This document shows positions 29,223 through 39,581 of a stretch of 64,000 bases of DNA, in pieces (the first letter of the stretch is position 1; each line of letters begins with the position of its first letter). The position numbers were made by a program, and so were the translations under genes. Origin of the DNA: Candidatus Bathyarchaeota archaeon (GTDB lineage: Archaea > Thermoproteota > Bathyarchaeia > Bathyarchaeales > Bathycorpusculaceae); assembly GCA_018396675.1 (NCBI GenBank), contig JAGTQX010000004.1, forward strand, positions 3,697 to 67,696, given 5' to 3'. Below the pieces are notes generated by a model. It saw nothing but the letters and a program-made list of their open reading frames with translations, made no database searches and had not been told where the DNA came from.

Positions 29223-30428
29223 TTAAGCCCAGAAGGTTTTTGAATACTCTTTTAAAACCGTTTCATACACGTTTTTTGTCTGTTGGCTTATTATTTTCCA
29301 GTTAAATCTTTCAAGAACCCTTTTGTAAGCGTTTTCTCGAAGTCTACATGTATAGTCATTGTCAAGCAAGACTCTCGTGATTCCCCAAGCCAGCGAATCC
29401 GGATTGCCGGGGTAAACTTTAACTCCAGTTACGTCATGTTCCACAATCTCTGACAAGCCGCCAGTATCAGAAACAACAACCGGGCTTTTGGCGGCCATCG
29501 CCTCAAGCGCAACTATTCCGAAGGGTTCAAACAGCGATGGGACAACCGACACGTCTGCACATTTTTGCAGGTTTCGTAATGTCGCGTCATCAACAAAGCC
29601 CGTGAATAAAACTTTATGTGACAAACCTATGCTTTTGACGTGTTCTGAAAGAGATTGTTGCATGTAGCCATTTCCAACTATGACAAATTTCGCGTTAACT
29701 TTTTCCAAAACTTTCGGAACAGCGTTTACCAACACGTGTATACCTTTTTCATAGACAAGACGCCCAACGAATAACACAATTTTTTCTTCAGGTAATGCGA
29801 AGCGTCGCCTAAACTGGTTTAAATCGGTGTTTTCGTGTTTTTCATATTCTTTGACTTCTACACCGTTTGGAATCATCACAAGCTTGTCTTCTGGAAGCCC
29901 GAAAACCCATTTGACATGGGAAACCATGTAGTTGCTGCAGCATATTACTCTCCAAGCTTCATAGGTAAGCCACGCTTCAGTCTCATGAATCATCTTCTCA
30001 TAATCAGAATGTATGCCGTTACGCCTTCCATACTCTGTGGAGTGCATAGTAGCCAAAAGAGGCTTCCTAAAAACGTGTTTCAAACCTATGCCAGCGTTTG
30101 CAACAAGCCAGTCGTGAGCATGAAAAATGTCAACTCCACCCAGACTTTTGACGAAAGCCGCAGCCTCCTTCTGCATGTTCATGTTCATCAAGTAAACCCA
30201 GCTTGCAAAATCCGGCGAAGGATTTTTGTAGGAATCCACCCTAAAAACTTCAACCCCATCCACCATCTCATGCTGTGGTGCCCCGGGAAAATCACACGTA
30301 ACAACGTACACTTTTACGCCGTTTTCTGCAAGACTTTTAGACAAGTGATAGACATGCGGCGAAATTCCGCCAATAATTCTTGGAGGAAACTCCCAAGTAA
30401 GCATCATCACTTTTAATTCTTTAGGCAT
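29223..30428 (-). CDS. GT4 glycosyltransferase, putative glycogen synthase
   Basis: WEFPPRIIGG, HAHDW, HSTE, GRLVYEKG, EPFGIVALEAM; in a GH57 cluster. Confidence 0.9.
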   Translation of the reverse strand: MPKELKVMMLTWEFPPRIIGGISPHVYHLSKSLAENGVKVYVVTCDFPGAPQHEMVDGVEVFRVDSYKNPSPDFASWVYLMNMNMQKEAAAFVKSLGGVDIFHAHDWLVANAGIGLKHVFRKPLLATMHSTEYGRRNGIHSDYEKMIHETEAWLTYEAWRVICCSNYMVSHVKWVFGLPEDKLVMIPNGVEVKEYEKHENTDLNQFRRRFALPEEKIVLFVGRLVYEKGIHVLVNAVPKVLEKVNAKFVIVGNGYMQQSLSEHVKSIGLSHKVLFTGFVDDATLRNLQKCADVSVVPSLFEPFGIVALEAMAAKSPVVVSDTGGLSEIVEHDVTGVKVYPGNPDSLAWGITRVLLDNDYTCRLRENAYKRVLERFNWKIISQQTKNVYETVLKEYSKTFWA

Positions 30429-31050
30429 TATGTGCCGTTTCCTCCATCAAGCTGCCATAAGTTTCTAAAATTGTTTCGATCCAAAGCTTGGCTTCCGGTT
30501 TTGCAATTTTTATTTTTGACTCCGGAACCTTGTAGATTCTAACAGCTTCATTCGCCATCCATTTAGACTTTACAAGGATTCTACTTGCCTCGTACATGCC
30601 AAGCCACTCGATGCTTTTGATAGCCATGTTAAACGGTGAGTTAGCTCCATGGGAACGGTGATCTTCCAAACTTTCAATAGAATAAACGAACGGTATGCCA
30701 AGCGCCTTCTTCAAAGTGACAGCAGCCGGTATAAAATGCCAATCATGTGCGTCTATTAGATCCACTTGCTTGCCAGATTTATAATAAATGTTGGCGGCTG
30801 CACGCTCAACTTCCTGATTCAGCGTAAGCACCCACGTGAGAACGCTGACATGTGTTTTGACGGGGTTTGTCACCCTGTAAGTTTTTACGCCGTATTCTTC
30901 ATCAAACTCGCCGGTTAAATAGTCGTGATATGTAACCACGTAAGGTTTAACGTTGTTTCTTGCAAGCTGCAAGGATAACTCTTTCACATAATCTGCAAGT
31001 TTTCCGACGACTCTTGGGGGAAATTCCCAAGAAAAAATTATTACCCGCAT
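30421..31050 (-). CDS. Half-size GT4 paralogue (N-terminal acceptor domain only)
   Basis: WEFPPRVVGK and DAHDW align with the N-domain of the neighbour; no GRL..KG or EPFG donor domain. Confidence 0.85.
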   Translation of the reverse strand: MRVIIFSWEFPPRVVGKLADYVKELSLQLARNNVKPYVVTYHDYLTGEFDEEYGVKTYRVTNPVKTHVSVLTWVLTLNQEVERAAANIYYKSGKQVDLIDAHDWHFIPAAVTLKKALGIPFVYSIESLEDHRSHGANSPFNMAIKSIEWLGMYEASRILVKSKWMANEAVRIYKVPESKIKIAKPEAKLWIETILETYGSLMEETAHNA

Positions 31051-31064
31051 TTGTTACCGCCAGT

Positions 31065-31316
31065 TTATGTGAAGAGTGCGCAGACTTTGATTATTCCTCT
31101 TCCAGTAAGGTAGTACCATTTTTTCCCTTGATTGTCACGGAAGCTTTCAACATAACCCTCGCAGCCATATCCATCCAAAATTTTTTCCACTTCAGTCATA
31201 TCCAATTGCAGAACTTGGGCGAGTTCTTCACTTTTTCTAGCTAGGTCAGGGGCTGTAGCGCATAAATTGTGAAGTGTTTGTAAAAGTTTCTCGGAGACTG
31301 GAAGCTCTTCACTCAA
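31065..31316 (-). CDS. Small winged-helix-like protein
   Basis: 83 aa, EELAQVLQLDMTEVEKIL....EGYVE......WYYLTGRG pattern; AAGGTGA SD. Confidence 0.7.
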   Translation of the reverse strand: MSEELPVSEKLLQTLHNLCATAPDLARKSEELAQVLQLDMTEVEKILDGYGCEGYVESFRDNQGKKWYYLTGRGIIKVCALFT

Positions 31317-31379
31317 ACACTGTTCACCTTCAACTGTTAAAACTGTATAAGCGCGTTTCCTATTAAGGCAAGTATGCGC

Positions 31380-32927
31380 TTAAAAGTATTCCGTCGCCAC
31401 TTTTGCTTGCTGAACCAACTCGGTGAATCTTTCACGTGTAACTTTGATTAAGGCTTTACGCAACTCTTGCCCATTAAGTTTTGAATTCCTAACTTCTTTT
31501 AGTTTTATGGCTAAATCCTTGTCGTGGAGAGACTGTTCAGCCCATTTTTCAAAGTCGCCTCGGCTGTTGTGAAAATCAATTGATTTAATTTCAACGTTTT
31601 GCAAGGCTTTTAGAAACCCTTTAAGACTCCAAGCCATTTTTCCTGTAAAGTTTGCTTCTCCCACGCCCTTGTAGAATAGAAAGGGCTCGTTTGCAGTTAT
31701 TGCAGCCAAACGCACACGATTTTCAAAGTCAAGGATTGCCGATTGAGCGGTTATGTAAGCGTCTGTTGGGGTATTAAACGGGCTGAAGTAGGAGTGCACT
31801 TCGCCAGGTGCTCCTCCAGCTGTGAACATGTAGTATAAGTGATCGCTTGTCTGGAAATATCGCCAAACTTTAAGAAAATCTTCGTCGTCAGTTTCCTTTA
31901 CAAGTTGTTCCAGTCGTCTCAAAGAAGTGTAGTAAGCCCATTGCATCGTGTTTCCAAGCCAGCAACTTGCATCTCTTTCCAAGTCAGCCCACGAAACGGT
32001 TCCGCCGAGTTCTGGAACATCAATTTCGCCGGCAACTTCATGTTTCTCGATAACTTCTGAAGGTGTAGCCATGTGCAGATGCCACCATTTCAAAATTTCC
32101 TTTGGCAGATGCCTCAAAAACTCGTGTATGCCAGTCTCTGGCCAGTGATGTTCACCGAAGGTTTCGTAATCTGGGAAAATGTTTATGCATTGACCAGGTG
32201 TCGCCGCCAACCAACTTGCATATTTATCTGCAGTTAATGGCCATTCGCTCCACCATCTAGCAGAAAACCTGAAGCCGATGTCGTCTGTTAGTTTATAATT
32301 TCTTAGAAGTACTTTGATTTTTTTGCATCCTTTCGGTTTATATGGATAATTCGGTGATTTTCCATGCAGTATTTTTTCCACACCTTCAGTGAATATTCCT
32401 TTATAGCCAAGCTCTTCAACCGTTTTTGCTATAGCGTTATTATATATTAGTTCAGTGTTTTCGAAAACTTGCGGAGTGTAACCTAACAAGTCCTTTACTG
32501 TCTGCCGGTGCAGTTTCACTTGCTCCATAAATTCGGTCTTCTCTGGATAGAGGCTTGCCAGAGAATGGTGGTATGTTTGGTTAAGAAACTCGACGCATCC
32601 AGTTTCCGCCAGCTGTTTGAACGATTCTAAGAGATCTTTGTTAAACATCTCGCATTGTTCAAGGAAAATTCCGGAAATGCTGAATGAAACTTTAACCTGC
32701 TTTTTCTCTCGTTTATGCTTATCAATAAGGTCTAGGAGTATTTGGTTTGAGGGAAAATAGCATTTTCTGCATGCTCTTTCGAAGATTTCCCTATCAAGTT
32801 CATGGTTGAAGTAGTAGTCGAAAAGCTTCTCTTTTTTGAGTCGTTTAAACATACGGTTTTCCCAGAAGTAATCCTTCCGCAACCTGTGCGGTTGGTGAAC
32901 CTCGAATATGAAGACTATGTCCGTCAA
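31380..32927 (-). CDS. GH57 alpha-amylase with C-terminal DUF5752-like domain
   Basis: FEVHQP, QTYHHSL, FENTEL (nucleophile), DYETFGEH (acid/base), QTSDHLYYM; C-terminal EPFLF...SLKGF...FHNSRGDFEKW. Confidence 0.92.
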   Translation of the reverse strand: MTDIVFIFEVHQPHRLRKDYFWENRMFKRLKKEKLFDYYFNHELDREIFERACRKCYFPSNQILLDLIDKHKREKKQVKVSFSISGIFLEQCEMFNKDLLESFKQLAETGCVEFLNQTYHHSLASLYPEKTEFMEQVKLHRQTVKDLLGYTPQVFENTELIYNNAIAKTVEELGYKGIFTEGVEKILHGKSPNYPYKPKGCKKIKVLLRNYKLTDDIGFRFSARWWSEWPLTADKYASWLAATPGQCINIFPDYETFGEHHWPETGIHEFLRHLPKEILKWWHLHMATPSEVIEKHEVAGEIDVPELGGTVSWADLERDASCWLGNTMQWAYYTSLRRLEQLVKETDDEDFLKVWRYFQTSDHLYYMFTAGGAPGEVHSYFSPFNTPTDAYITAQSAILDFENRVRLAAITANEPFLFYKGVGEANFTGKMAWSLKGFLKALQNVEIKSIDFHNSRGDFEKWAEQSLHDKDLAIKLKEVRNSKLNGQELRKALIKVTRERFTELVQQAKVATEYF

Positions 32928-33068
32928 AGCTTTAGCCTCTCGCGTTTAGCCATATTTGTTATGGGTGTTATTTCTGATTTGCTAAAATTTAGATTAGATT
33001 CGGATTTTGAATTCATAATTTATTTATCCCATATAGGCGTTTCATTACTTAAACCAAGGGTGAAAAGT

Positions 33069-33788
33069 GTGTCGATTGAAAAAATTAGCGTAGAAAGTCG
33101 CAAAGAGCTAGAACAAATGATAATCAGCGACATAAGCATCGTTGAGAAGGGTTTAACTGTGATTTGCAACAACGTTCCAATCAGCGATAAAACCAGTTTA
33201 GATGTTCTATGTCACGACAGCAACGGACAACTGGTCATTTTGCAGCTGAATGTTCAAGAAGATGACGCACTTCTGCTTCAAGGACTGCAAAGCCTAGACT
33301 TTGTAGACAAGTTTAAGTCTTTTCTGAAAGCCACGTACAACAAGCATAAAATCGACGACAAAGAAAAACCGAGACTGATAATGATTGCGCCAAGCTTTTC
33401 AGACGCGGTTAGACGAGCTGTTGAAAGCATGAAAGGAATACGCATAGACCTATACGAGTGGGAGTACCTAAAGCTTGGAGACCACAAAGGCCTCCGCCTC
33501 CAACCTATTTTTACATGGAAGCAGCCCGAAAAACCAAAGGAAAAAGAGGAAAAACCAGCAGAAAAGAAACACGAACCAAAAACGCCTAAAAAGAAAGAAC
33601 CAGAGCTGCCACAACCGGCGCCAGTTGTTCCAGAAAAGAAAGAGGAACCAAAAACTGAACCAGAACCAAAAACAGAGACGCCGAAACATGAAACAGTAAA
33701 AGAGCCGCAGCCAACATTTCCAAAGCCAGTGCAAGAAAAACCAAAGGAAAAAGAAGAACCACCGAAAAGAAAACTGAAGCTCTTCTAA
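33069..33788 (+). CDS. NucS-C-like PD-(D/E)XK-fold protein with degenerate active site and Pro/Glu/Lys-rich tail
   Basis: ELEQMI...EKGL...LDVLCHDSNGQLVILQLN...PRLIMIAPSF; GTG start after AGGGTGA SD. Confidence 0.75.
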   Translation: MSIEKISVESRKELEQMIISDISIVEKGLTVICNNVPISDKTSLDVLCHDSNGQLVILQLNVQEDDALLLQGLQSLDFVDKFKSFLKATYNKHKIDDKEKPRLIMIAPSFSDAVRRAVESMKGIRIDLYEWEYLKLGDHKGLRLQPIFTWKQPEKPKEKEEKPAEKKHEPKTPKKKEPELPQPAPVVPEKKEEPKTEPEPKTETPKHETVKEPQPTFPKPVQEKPKEKEEPPKRKLKLF

Positions 33789-33853
33789 AAAACGCTACTA
33801 CAAAGTCGAAATATTAACCTTCCAAAATTGTAAGGGTCAGAAGGCTTTTTTAT

Positions 33854-35152
33854 TTGCGCATAGGATTTTTTGTCTGGGAGTATCCGCCGGCTCTTGTTGG
33901 AGGTTTAGGCACCTACGCTGAATACATTACACGCGAATTTGTTTCAATGGGCAACGACGTCACAGTTTTCACGCTTAATCCTGGAAACCTAAAGACCCGC
34001 GAAATCATAAAGGGCGTTGAGGTTCACAGACCCTTAATCGCAGATGCAAGCAACATTTTTCCCATGTTCGTGATAGACGACTTGAAAAAATGGGGCACAA
34101 ACATCCGCTTATTCAACGACATCTTCATCTACAATGTTTTAAGTGCAACAAAATTTGTTAACAGCATGCTGAAAAAGGAAGGATGCAATTACGATGTGGT
34201 ATGCGTCCATGACTGGTTAAGCAGCATTGCTGGAATCATAATTAAAAACGAAACAAAAGTTCCTGTTGTCTTCCATGTTCACAGCACGGAATGGGGCAGA
34301 AGCGGAGGACAAGGTTCAGAAGTGGTCTCGTATCTTGAATCTGCCACGGCGCAGAAAGTAGATAGGATAATAACTGTGAGCCACGCCATGCAAGAAGACC
34401 TTGTGAGGCACGGGTGGCCCAAAGCGAAAATAAGCGTTGTCTGGAACGGTGTAGACCCAGAACGTTATAATCCTAAAAAGTGTAAGCCAGAAGAAGTTGA
34501 AGCGATTCGTAGTAGATACGGCATAAAACCAGAAGAGAAAATGGTGCTGTTTCTCGGACGACTGACATGGGTGAAAGGCGTAATAAACCTTGTTCAAGCA
34601 ATGCCCATGATTCTAGAGGAGTATCCAAACACAAAACTGGTGATTCTGGGCAAGGGAGAACAACAAAACGACATAATCGAAGCTGCGGCCAGGCTTGGAA
34701 TAAGCAATAAGCTTATTTGCAGGTTTGATTTCGTGCCAGAAAAAGAGCGCATCTTGCATTATGCAGCCGCTGATGTCTGCGTCTTTCCGTCAACTTATGA
34801 ACCGTTTGGTATAGTAAGTCTAGAAGCCATGTCCATGGAAAAACCGATAGTTGTCGGCGCCCAAGGAGTTGTAGGCTTCAGAGAACAAGTTGTGTCATTT
34901 GGTCCAGACCAGAACGGCATACACGTCAACGGTGGAAACCCAGCGGACATTGCATGGGGAATAAAAGAGGTTTTATGTGATTCGGAAAGAGCCAAAAAGT
35001 GGGGAGAGAACGGCAGAAAAAGAGTCTTACAGTATTTCACATGGAGAAAAGCCGCCGAACAAACCTTACAAATATACGAGACGCTACAGAGCAAACAGGG
35101 ACAAGAAGAAGCCAGAATTGTTGACTTGCTTGAGAAAATCTCACATAAATAA
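33854..35152 (+). CDS. GT4 glycosyltransferase, putative glycogen synthase (second copy)
   Basis: WEYPPALVGGLG, VHDW, HSTEWGR, GRLTWVKG, EPFGIVSLEAM. Confidence 0.9.
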   Translation: MRIGFFVWEYPPALVGGLGTYAEYITREFVSMGNDVTVFTLNPGNLKTREIIKGVEVHRPLIADASNIFPMFVIDDLKKWGTNIRLFNDIFIYNVLSATKFVNSMLKKEGCNYDVVCVHDWLSSIAGIIIKNETKVPVVFHVHSTEWGRSGGQGSEVVSYLESATAQKVDRIITVSHAMQEDLVRHGWPKAKISVVWNGVDPERYNPKKCKPEEVEAIRSRYGIKPEEKMVLFLGRLTWVKGVINLVQAMPMILEEYPNTKLVILGKGEQQNDIIEAAARLGISNKLICRFDFVPEKERILHYAAADVCVFPSTYEPFGIVSLEAMSMEKPIVVGAQGVVGFREQVVSFGPDQNGIHVNGGNPADIAWGIKEVLCDSERAKKWGENGRKRVLQYFTWRKAAEQTLQIYETLQSKQGQEEARIVDLLEKISHK

Positions 35153-35162
35153 AAAGTGGAAA

Positions 35163-36392
35163 CTAACGTTTACGTGCAGCAGCCTTTTCGAGAGCCACCA
35201 CGCCTGGAAGCTTTTTGCCCATTAGAAACTCGATTAAGGCTCCGCCAGCTGTGCTTATGTAGGAAATTTTGTTTGAAAGCCCAAGCTCTTGCAAAGCTGC
35301 AATCGTGTGGCCGCCTCCGGCAAGCGAGAAAGCCTTTGAATTCGCAATTTCCTCAAAGACGCTTTTTGTTCCGTAAACGAATTCGCTGTTTTCGAAAACG
35401 CCCATAGGCCCGCTTACCACGATTGATTTTGCGCGCCGCAGTATTTCTGAATAGTTTTCAACTGTTTTTGTTCCGATATCAAATATTGGATATTCTGTTG
35501 GGAGTCTTTCAACAGGGATTTCTCTGCGTTTCTTTCCGATTTCAAAGGCTACATCTGCTGGAACCTTAATCTGGTCTGAATATTTTTGCATGAGTTCTTT
35601 CACGCCTGGAACCAGTTCCATCAGCTTTTTCTCTTCAAGCAACTGCATGTTCGGCTTGCCTAAGTTAAAGCCTTTAGCAACAAGAAAGACTTGTCCAACA
35701 ACGCCGCCAGTTAAAATGTAATCAGCTATTTTGTTGTCGAGCACGTAGTTTGAGATTTCAAGAGAGTCATCAGCTTTGGCTCCGCCGAGAACGTACACGC
35801 ATGGCTTTTCCGGGTTTTCTAACACTCTGCTTAGTGATTTTAGTTCACGTTCCATTATGCGGCCGGCAACGCTTGGCAACACGGCTGTGAAACCAACTAT
35901 GGAGACGTGAGCTCTGTGGGCTGCCGCGAAGGCATCGTTGACAAAAATGTCTGCTAGGGGAGCTAGAGCCTTAACGAGTTCCTTTTTTGCGTGTTCTTCT
36001 GGTGTACCGTCTTTTGTTTCTTCGGCAAAGTTTCTAACGTTGTCCAAAACGAGAATTTCGCCGTTTTTTAGTTCTTTTATTGCTTTTTGGGCTTTTTCTC
36101 CGAAAACGTCATCCACGTATTTAACTGAAGTGCCGAGGATTTTTCCGAGAATTTCCGCGTGTTGCTTTAAAGGTATGAAGTCTGGGTCGCCTTTTCTTCC
36201 TTGATGCGCTAAAACGACGACTTTCGCGCCTTTTTTGGCTAGCTCCTTGATTGTTGTTTCGCCGTGTGCTCTAATTCTTGTGTCGTCTAAAACTTTCTTT
36301 GTGTCGGGGTCAACTGGAGAGTTAAAGTCGACTCTTACAAGAACTATTTTGTTTTTAACGTTTACATCATCTAATGTTAAGTATTTCGCCAT
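35163..36392 (-). CDS. pgk: Phosphoglycerate kinase (archaeal-type)
   Basis: RVDFNSP, AHQGR, NDAFAAAHR, LGGAKADD, GPMGVFE, GGGHT, STAGGA. Confidence 0.97.
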   Translation of the reverse strand: MAKYLTLDDVNVKNKIVLVRVDFNSPVDPDTKKVLDDTRIRAHGETTIKELAKKGAKVVVLAHQGRKGDPDFIPLKQHAEILGKILGTSVKYVDDVFGEKAQKAIKELKNGEILVLDNVRNFAEETKDGTPEEHAKKELVKALAPLADIFVNDAFAAAHRAHVSIVGFTAVLPSVAGRIMERELKSLSRVLENPEKPCVYVLGGAKADDSLEISNYVLDNKIADYILTGGVVGQVFLVAKGFNLGKPNMQLLEEKKLMELVPGVKELMQKYSDQIKVPADVAFEIGKKRREIPVERLPTEYPIFDIGTKTVENYSEILRRAKSIVVSGPMGVFENSEFVYGTKSVFEEIANSKAFSLAGGGHTIAALQELGLSNKISYISTAGGALIEFLMGKKLPGVVALEKAAARKR

Positions 36393-36465
36393 GTTTTTCT
36401 CATCCTCTCTTTTTTTGGTTTTTAAACAGAAAAATGGGTTGTGTTTGATGTTGCGTTTGGTTCTT

Positions 36466-37485
<1,020 letters not shown>

Positions 37486-37588
37486 TCACCGTTACCTCAA
37501 GTTTGAGTTAGTAATGAGTCACGGTTCTCCTAATTAATTTTCTGATAGACTTTTGTTGAAAAGAACGTGGAAAAAATGGGGGTCGGCT

Positions 37589-38935
37589 TCAGCGAAGCTT
37601 CATTAAAACCATTTCTGCAGCTAAAACGATTGGTTCCCATGTCTCGCACAGTGGCGGTGCATATGCTGTGTCGGCTTTGGCTAGTTCCCGCACGGTCATC
37701 TGTTTCTGTATGGCGAAAGAGATGGCGTTTATGCGTTGGGTTACTTCTTCTCCGCCCATTATCTGTGCGCCTATTACACGTTGAGATTCCCTTTCAACTA
37801 CGAGCTTAACTTTTATTGGTAAAGCGCCGGGATAATAGTCTGCCTTTGTTTTTGAGGCTATTGTCCCAGTTACTGTTTCTATTCTTGCCCTCTGCGCGGC
37901 CGCTTCAGTTAAGCCTGTTACGCCCACTTGCATATCGTATAGTTGGGTTACTGCTGAACCTAAAACTCCTGTGAAAAGTGAATAGCCGCCTGCAGCGTTT
38001 ATTCCAGCCACTTTTCCTTGCCTCACGGCAACGGTTCCAAGCTGTGGAACGGCTGGTTTTTGGGTTACTATGTGTGTGGATTCTGCGCAGTCTCCCACGG
38101 CGTAAACGTCTTTTATGCTTGTTTCCATTCGCGCGTTTGTTTTGATGGCTTTTGTTTCGCCTAACGCTATTCCAGCTTCTGCCGCCAGTTGAGTGTTTGC
38201 TCTTACGCCGAAGGCGCTTATGAAGAGGTCTGCGTTGATTTGTTCGCCTCCGGCAACTATTCCCGTAACCTTGTCCGTGCCTAGGAACTCCTCGACTGGT
38301 TTTCCAAGCAAGATTTCTATTCCTTTTTGTTCCAGCATTTCTTGAACAATTTTTGCAAAGTCGGCGTCAAGCATTGCTGGCAATATTTGCGGTAGCATTT
38401 CGACGACTGTTACTTTTAAGCCTCTTTCTTGGAGCGCCACTGCGGTTTCAAGCCCTATGAGCCCGGCGCCCATGATTACGGCTGTTTTTGCGCCTTTTTT
38501 TACGGCTTGGTCTATTCTTTGTCCGTCTTCAAGTGTTCTAAGCGGGAGTATTCCCTGTTTTTCTTTTCCTTTTATTGGTGGTGTGAAGGCGCTTGCTCCG
38601 GTGGCGATTATCAGGCTGTCGTAGGGAATTTCTTCTTTTTTGCCTGTTTTGTCTATTGTTTCAACTGTTTTTTTGCCAGTGTCAATTTTTGTTGCTTTTG
38701 TTTCGGCTTTCAGGTTCAGTTTCATTATTTGGTAGTAGCTCGGCGGGAAAACAATCAGGTCTGTGAAGTTGGGGATTTGTCCGCCTATTACGAATGGTAA
38801 GCCGCATCGCGAGTAGCCAGCGTTTTTTTCTTCGGTTATCAGCGTGATTTCTGCTGTGCGGTCTGTTTTTCTGGCTGCTGATGCGGCGTCTACGCCGGCT
38901 GCATGCGCTCCGATTATCACTATGCGTTTTGGCAA
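37589..38935 (-). CDS. CoA-disulfide reductase/NADH oxidase family flavoprotein
   Basis: GAHAAG, single redox Cys YSRCGLP, ATGA, GAGLIGLE, AVGDC, C-terminal YAPP. Confidence 0.9.
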   Translation of the reverse strand: MPKRIVIIGAHAAGVDAASAARKTDRTAEITLITEEKNAGYSRCGLPFVIGGQIPNFTDLIVFPPSYYQIMKLNLKAETKATKIDTGKKTVETIDKTGKKEEIPYDSLIIATGASAFTPPIKGKEKQGILPLRTLEDGQRIDQAVKKGAKTAVIMGAGLIGLETAVALQERGLKVTVVEMLPQILPAMLDADFAKIVQEMLEQKGIEILLGKPVEEFLGTDKVTGIVAGGEQINADLFISAFGVRANTQLAAEAGIALGETKAIKTNARMETSIKDVYAVGDCAESTHIVTQKPAVPQLGTVAVRQGKVAGINAAGGYSLFTGVLGSAVTQLYDMQVGVTGLTEAAAQRARIETVTGTIASKTKADYYPGALPIKVKLVVERESQRVIGAQIMGGEEVTQRINAISFAIQKQMTVRELAKADTAYAPPLCETWEPIVLAAEMVLMKLR

Positions 38936-39355
38936 TTACTTACCTTCTTTTGCCAAGTTTTTGTGCCATTCAACAGCTTTGTTAAAGTCCATTAGGTTTG
39001 CAAGTTCAGCTTGTAGGTTTGAGGGTTTTAATATGAGTAGCCAGCCTTTTCCATACGGGTCTTCATTTAGCAGTTCTGGTTTTGACTGAACCTCGGCGTT
39101 TACTTCTTCCACGGTGCCGCTTACTGGGGCTACTAGGTCGGACACTGCCTTTACGGATTCAACTGTGCCGTAGGGTTCGTTTTGTTTGGTTGTTGCTCCT
39201 GGACTTGGGAGTTCAGCGTAGACGATTTCGCGAAGCTGCTTCTGGGCGTAGTCTGTTATGCCGACGCGCACTTTGTCTCCTTCGATTTTCAGCCACTCAA
39301 AATCCTTTGTGTAATACAAGCCTTCTGGAACTTCGTATCCGTCAACTTTAACCAT
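38936..39355 (-). CDS. gcvH: Glycine cleavage system H protein (lipoyl carrier)
   Basis: VGITDYAQ, VESVKAVSD (lipoyl-Lys), PVSG, NEDPYGKGW. Confidence 0.96.
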   Translation of the reverse strand: MVKVDGYEVPEGLYYTKDFEWLKIEGDKVRVGITDYAQKQLREIVYAELPSPGATTKQNEPYGTVESVKAVSDLVAPVSGTVEEVNAEVQSKPELLNEDPYGKGWLLILKPSNLQAELANLMDFNKAVEWHKNLAKEGK

Positions 39356-39565
39356 TTTGTTTCACCTCTAAAGTTGCATTATTTTCTACACGCTTTAACC
39401 TTTAAAATTAACTGTTAAAAGGAAGTGTAATGTTTATCCTTGCATTAGGGTTTTAAGTTGTTCTATTTCTTTAGCTAGAATTAGATTGCTCTTTTAGATA
39501 TTTTAATCTCACTGACAAAATTGAATTTGCTTCGATTGCACTGATTTTGATTAAATTTTATTTAG

Positions 39566-39581
39566 GTATAAGTTCTTATAC
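39566..39581. promoter_or_regulatory. Inverted repeat GTATAAG-TT-CTTATAC just upstream of the REase start (putative operator or degenerate recombination site)
   Basis: Perfect 7-bp arms with a 2-bp spacer, ending 6 nt before the ATG at 39588. Confidence 0.45.

Noticed and set aside
30421..31050. Half GT4 as a frameshifted pseudogene
   Set aside because: The downstream gene has its own complete N-domain, no orphan C-domain follows, and the short protein keeps a terminal helix.
32802..33068. 89-aa N-terminal extension of the NucS-like ORF in the ORF track
   Set aside because: It overlaps the GH57 start on the other strand and crosses the divergent promoter region; a good SD supports GTG 33069.
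33520..33780. Repetitive GAACCA/AAAGAA-rich DNA
   Set aside because: Explained by low-complexity Pro/Glu/Lys coding; no fixed repeat-spacer period, so not CRISPR or a tandem repeat element.
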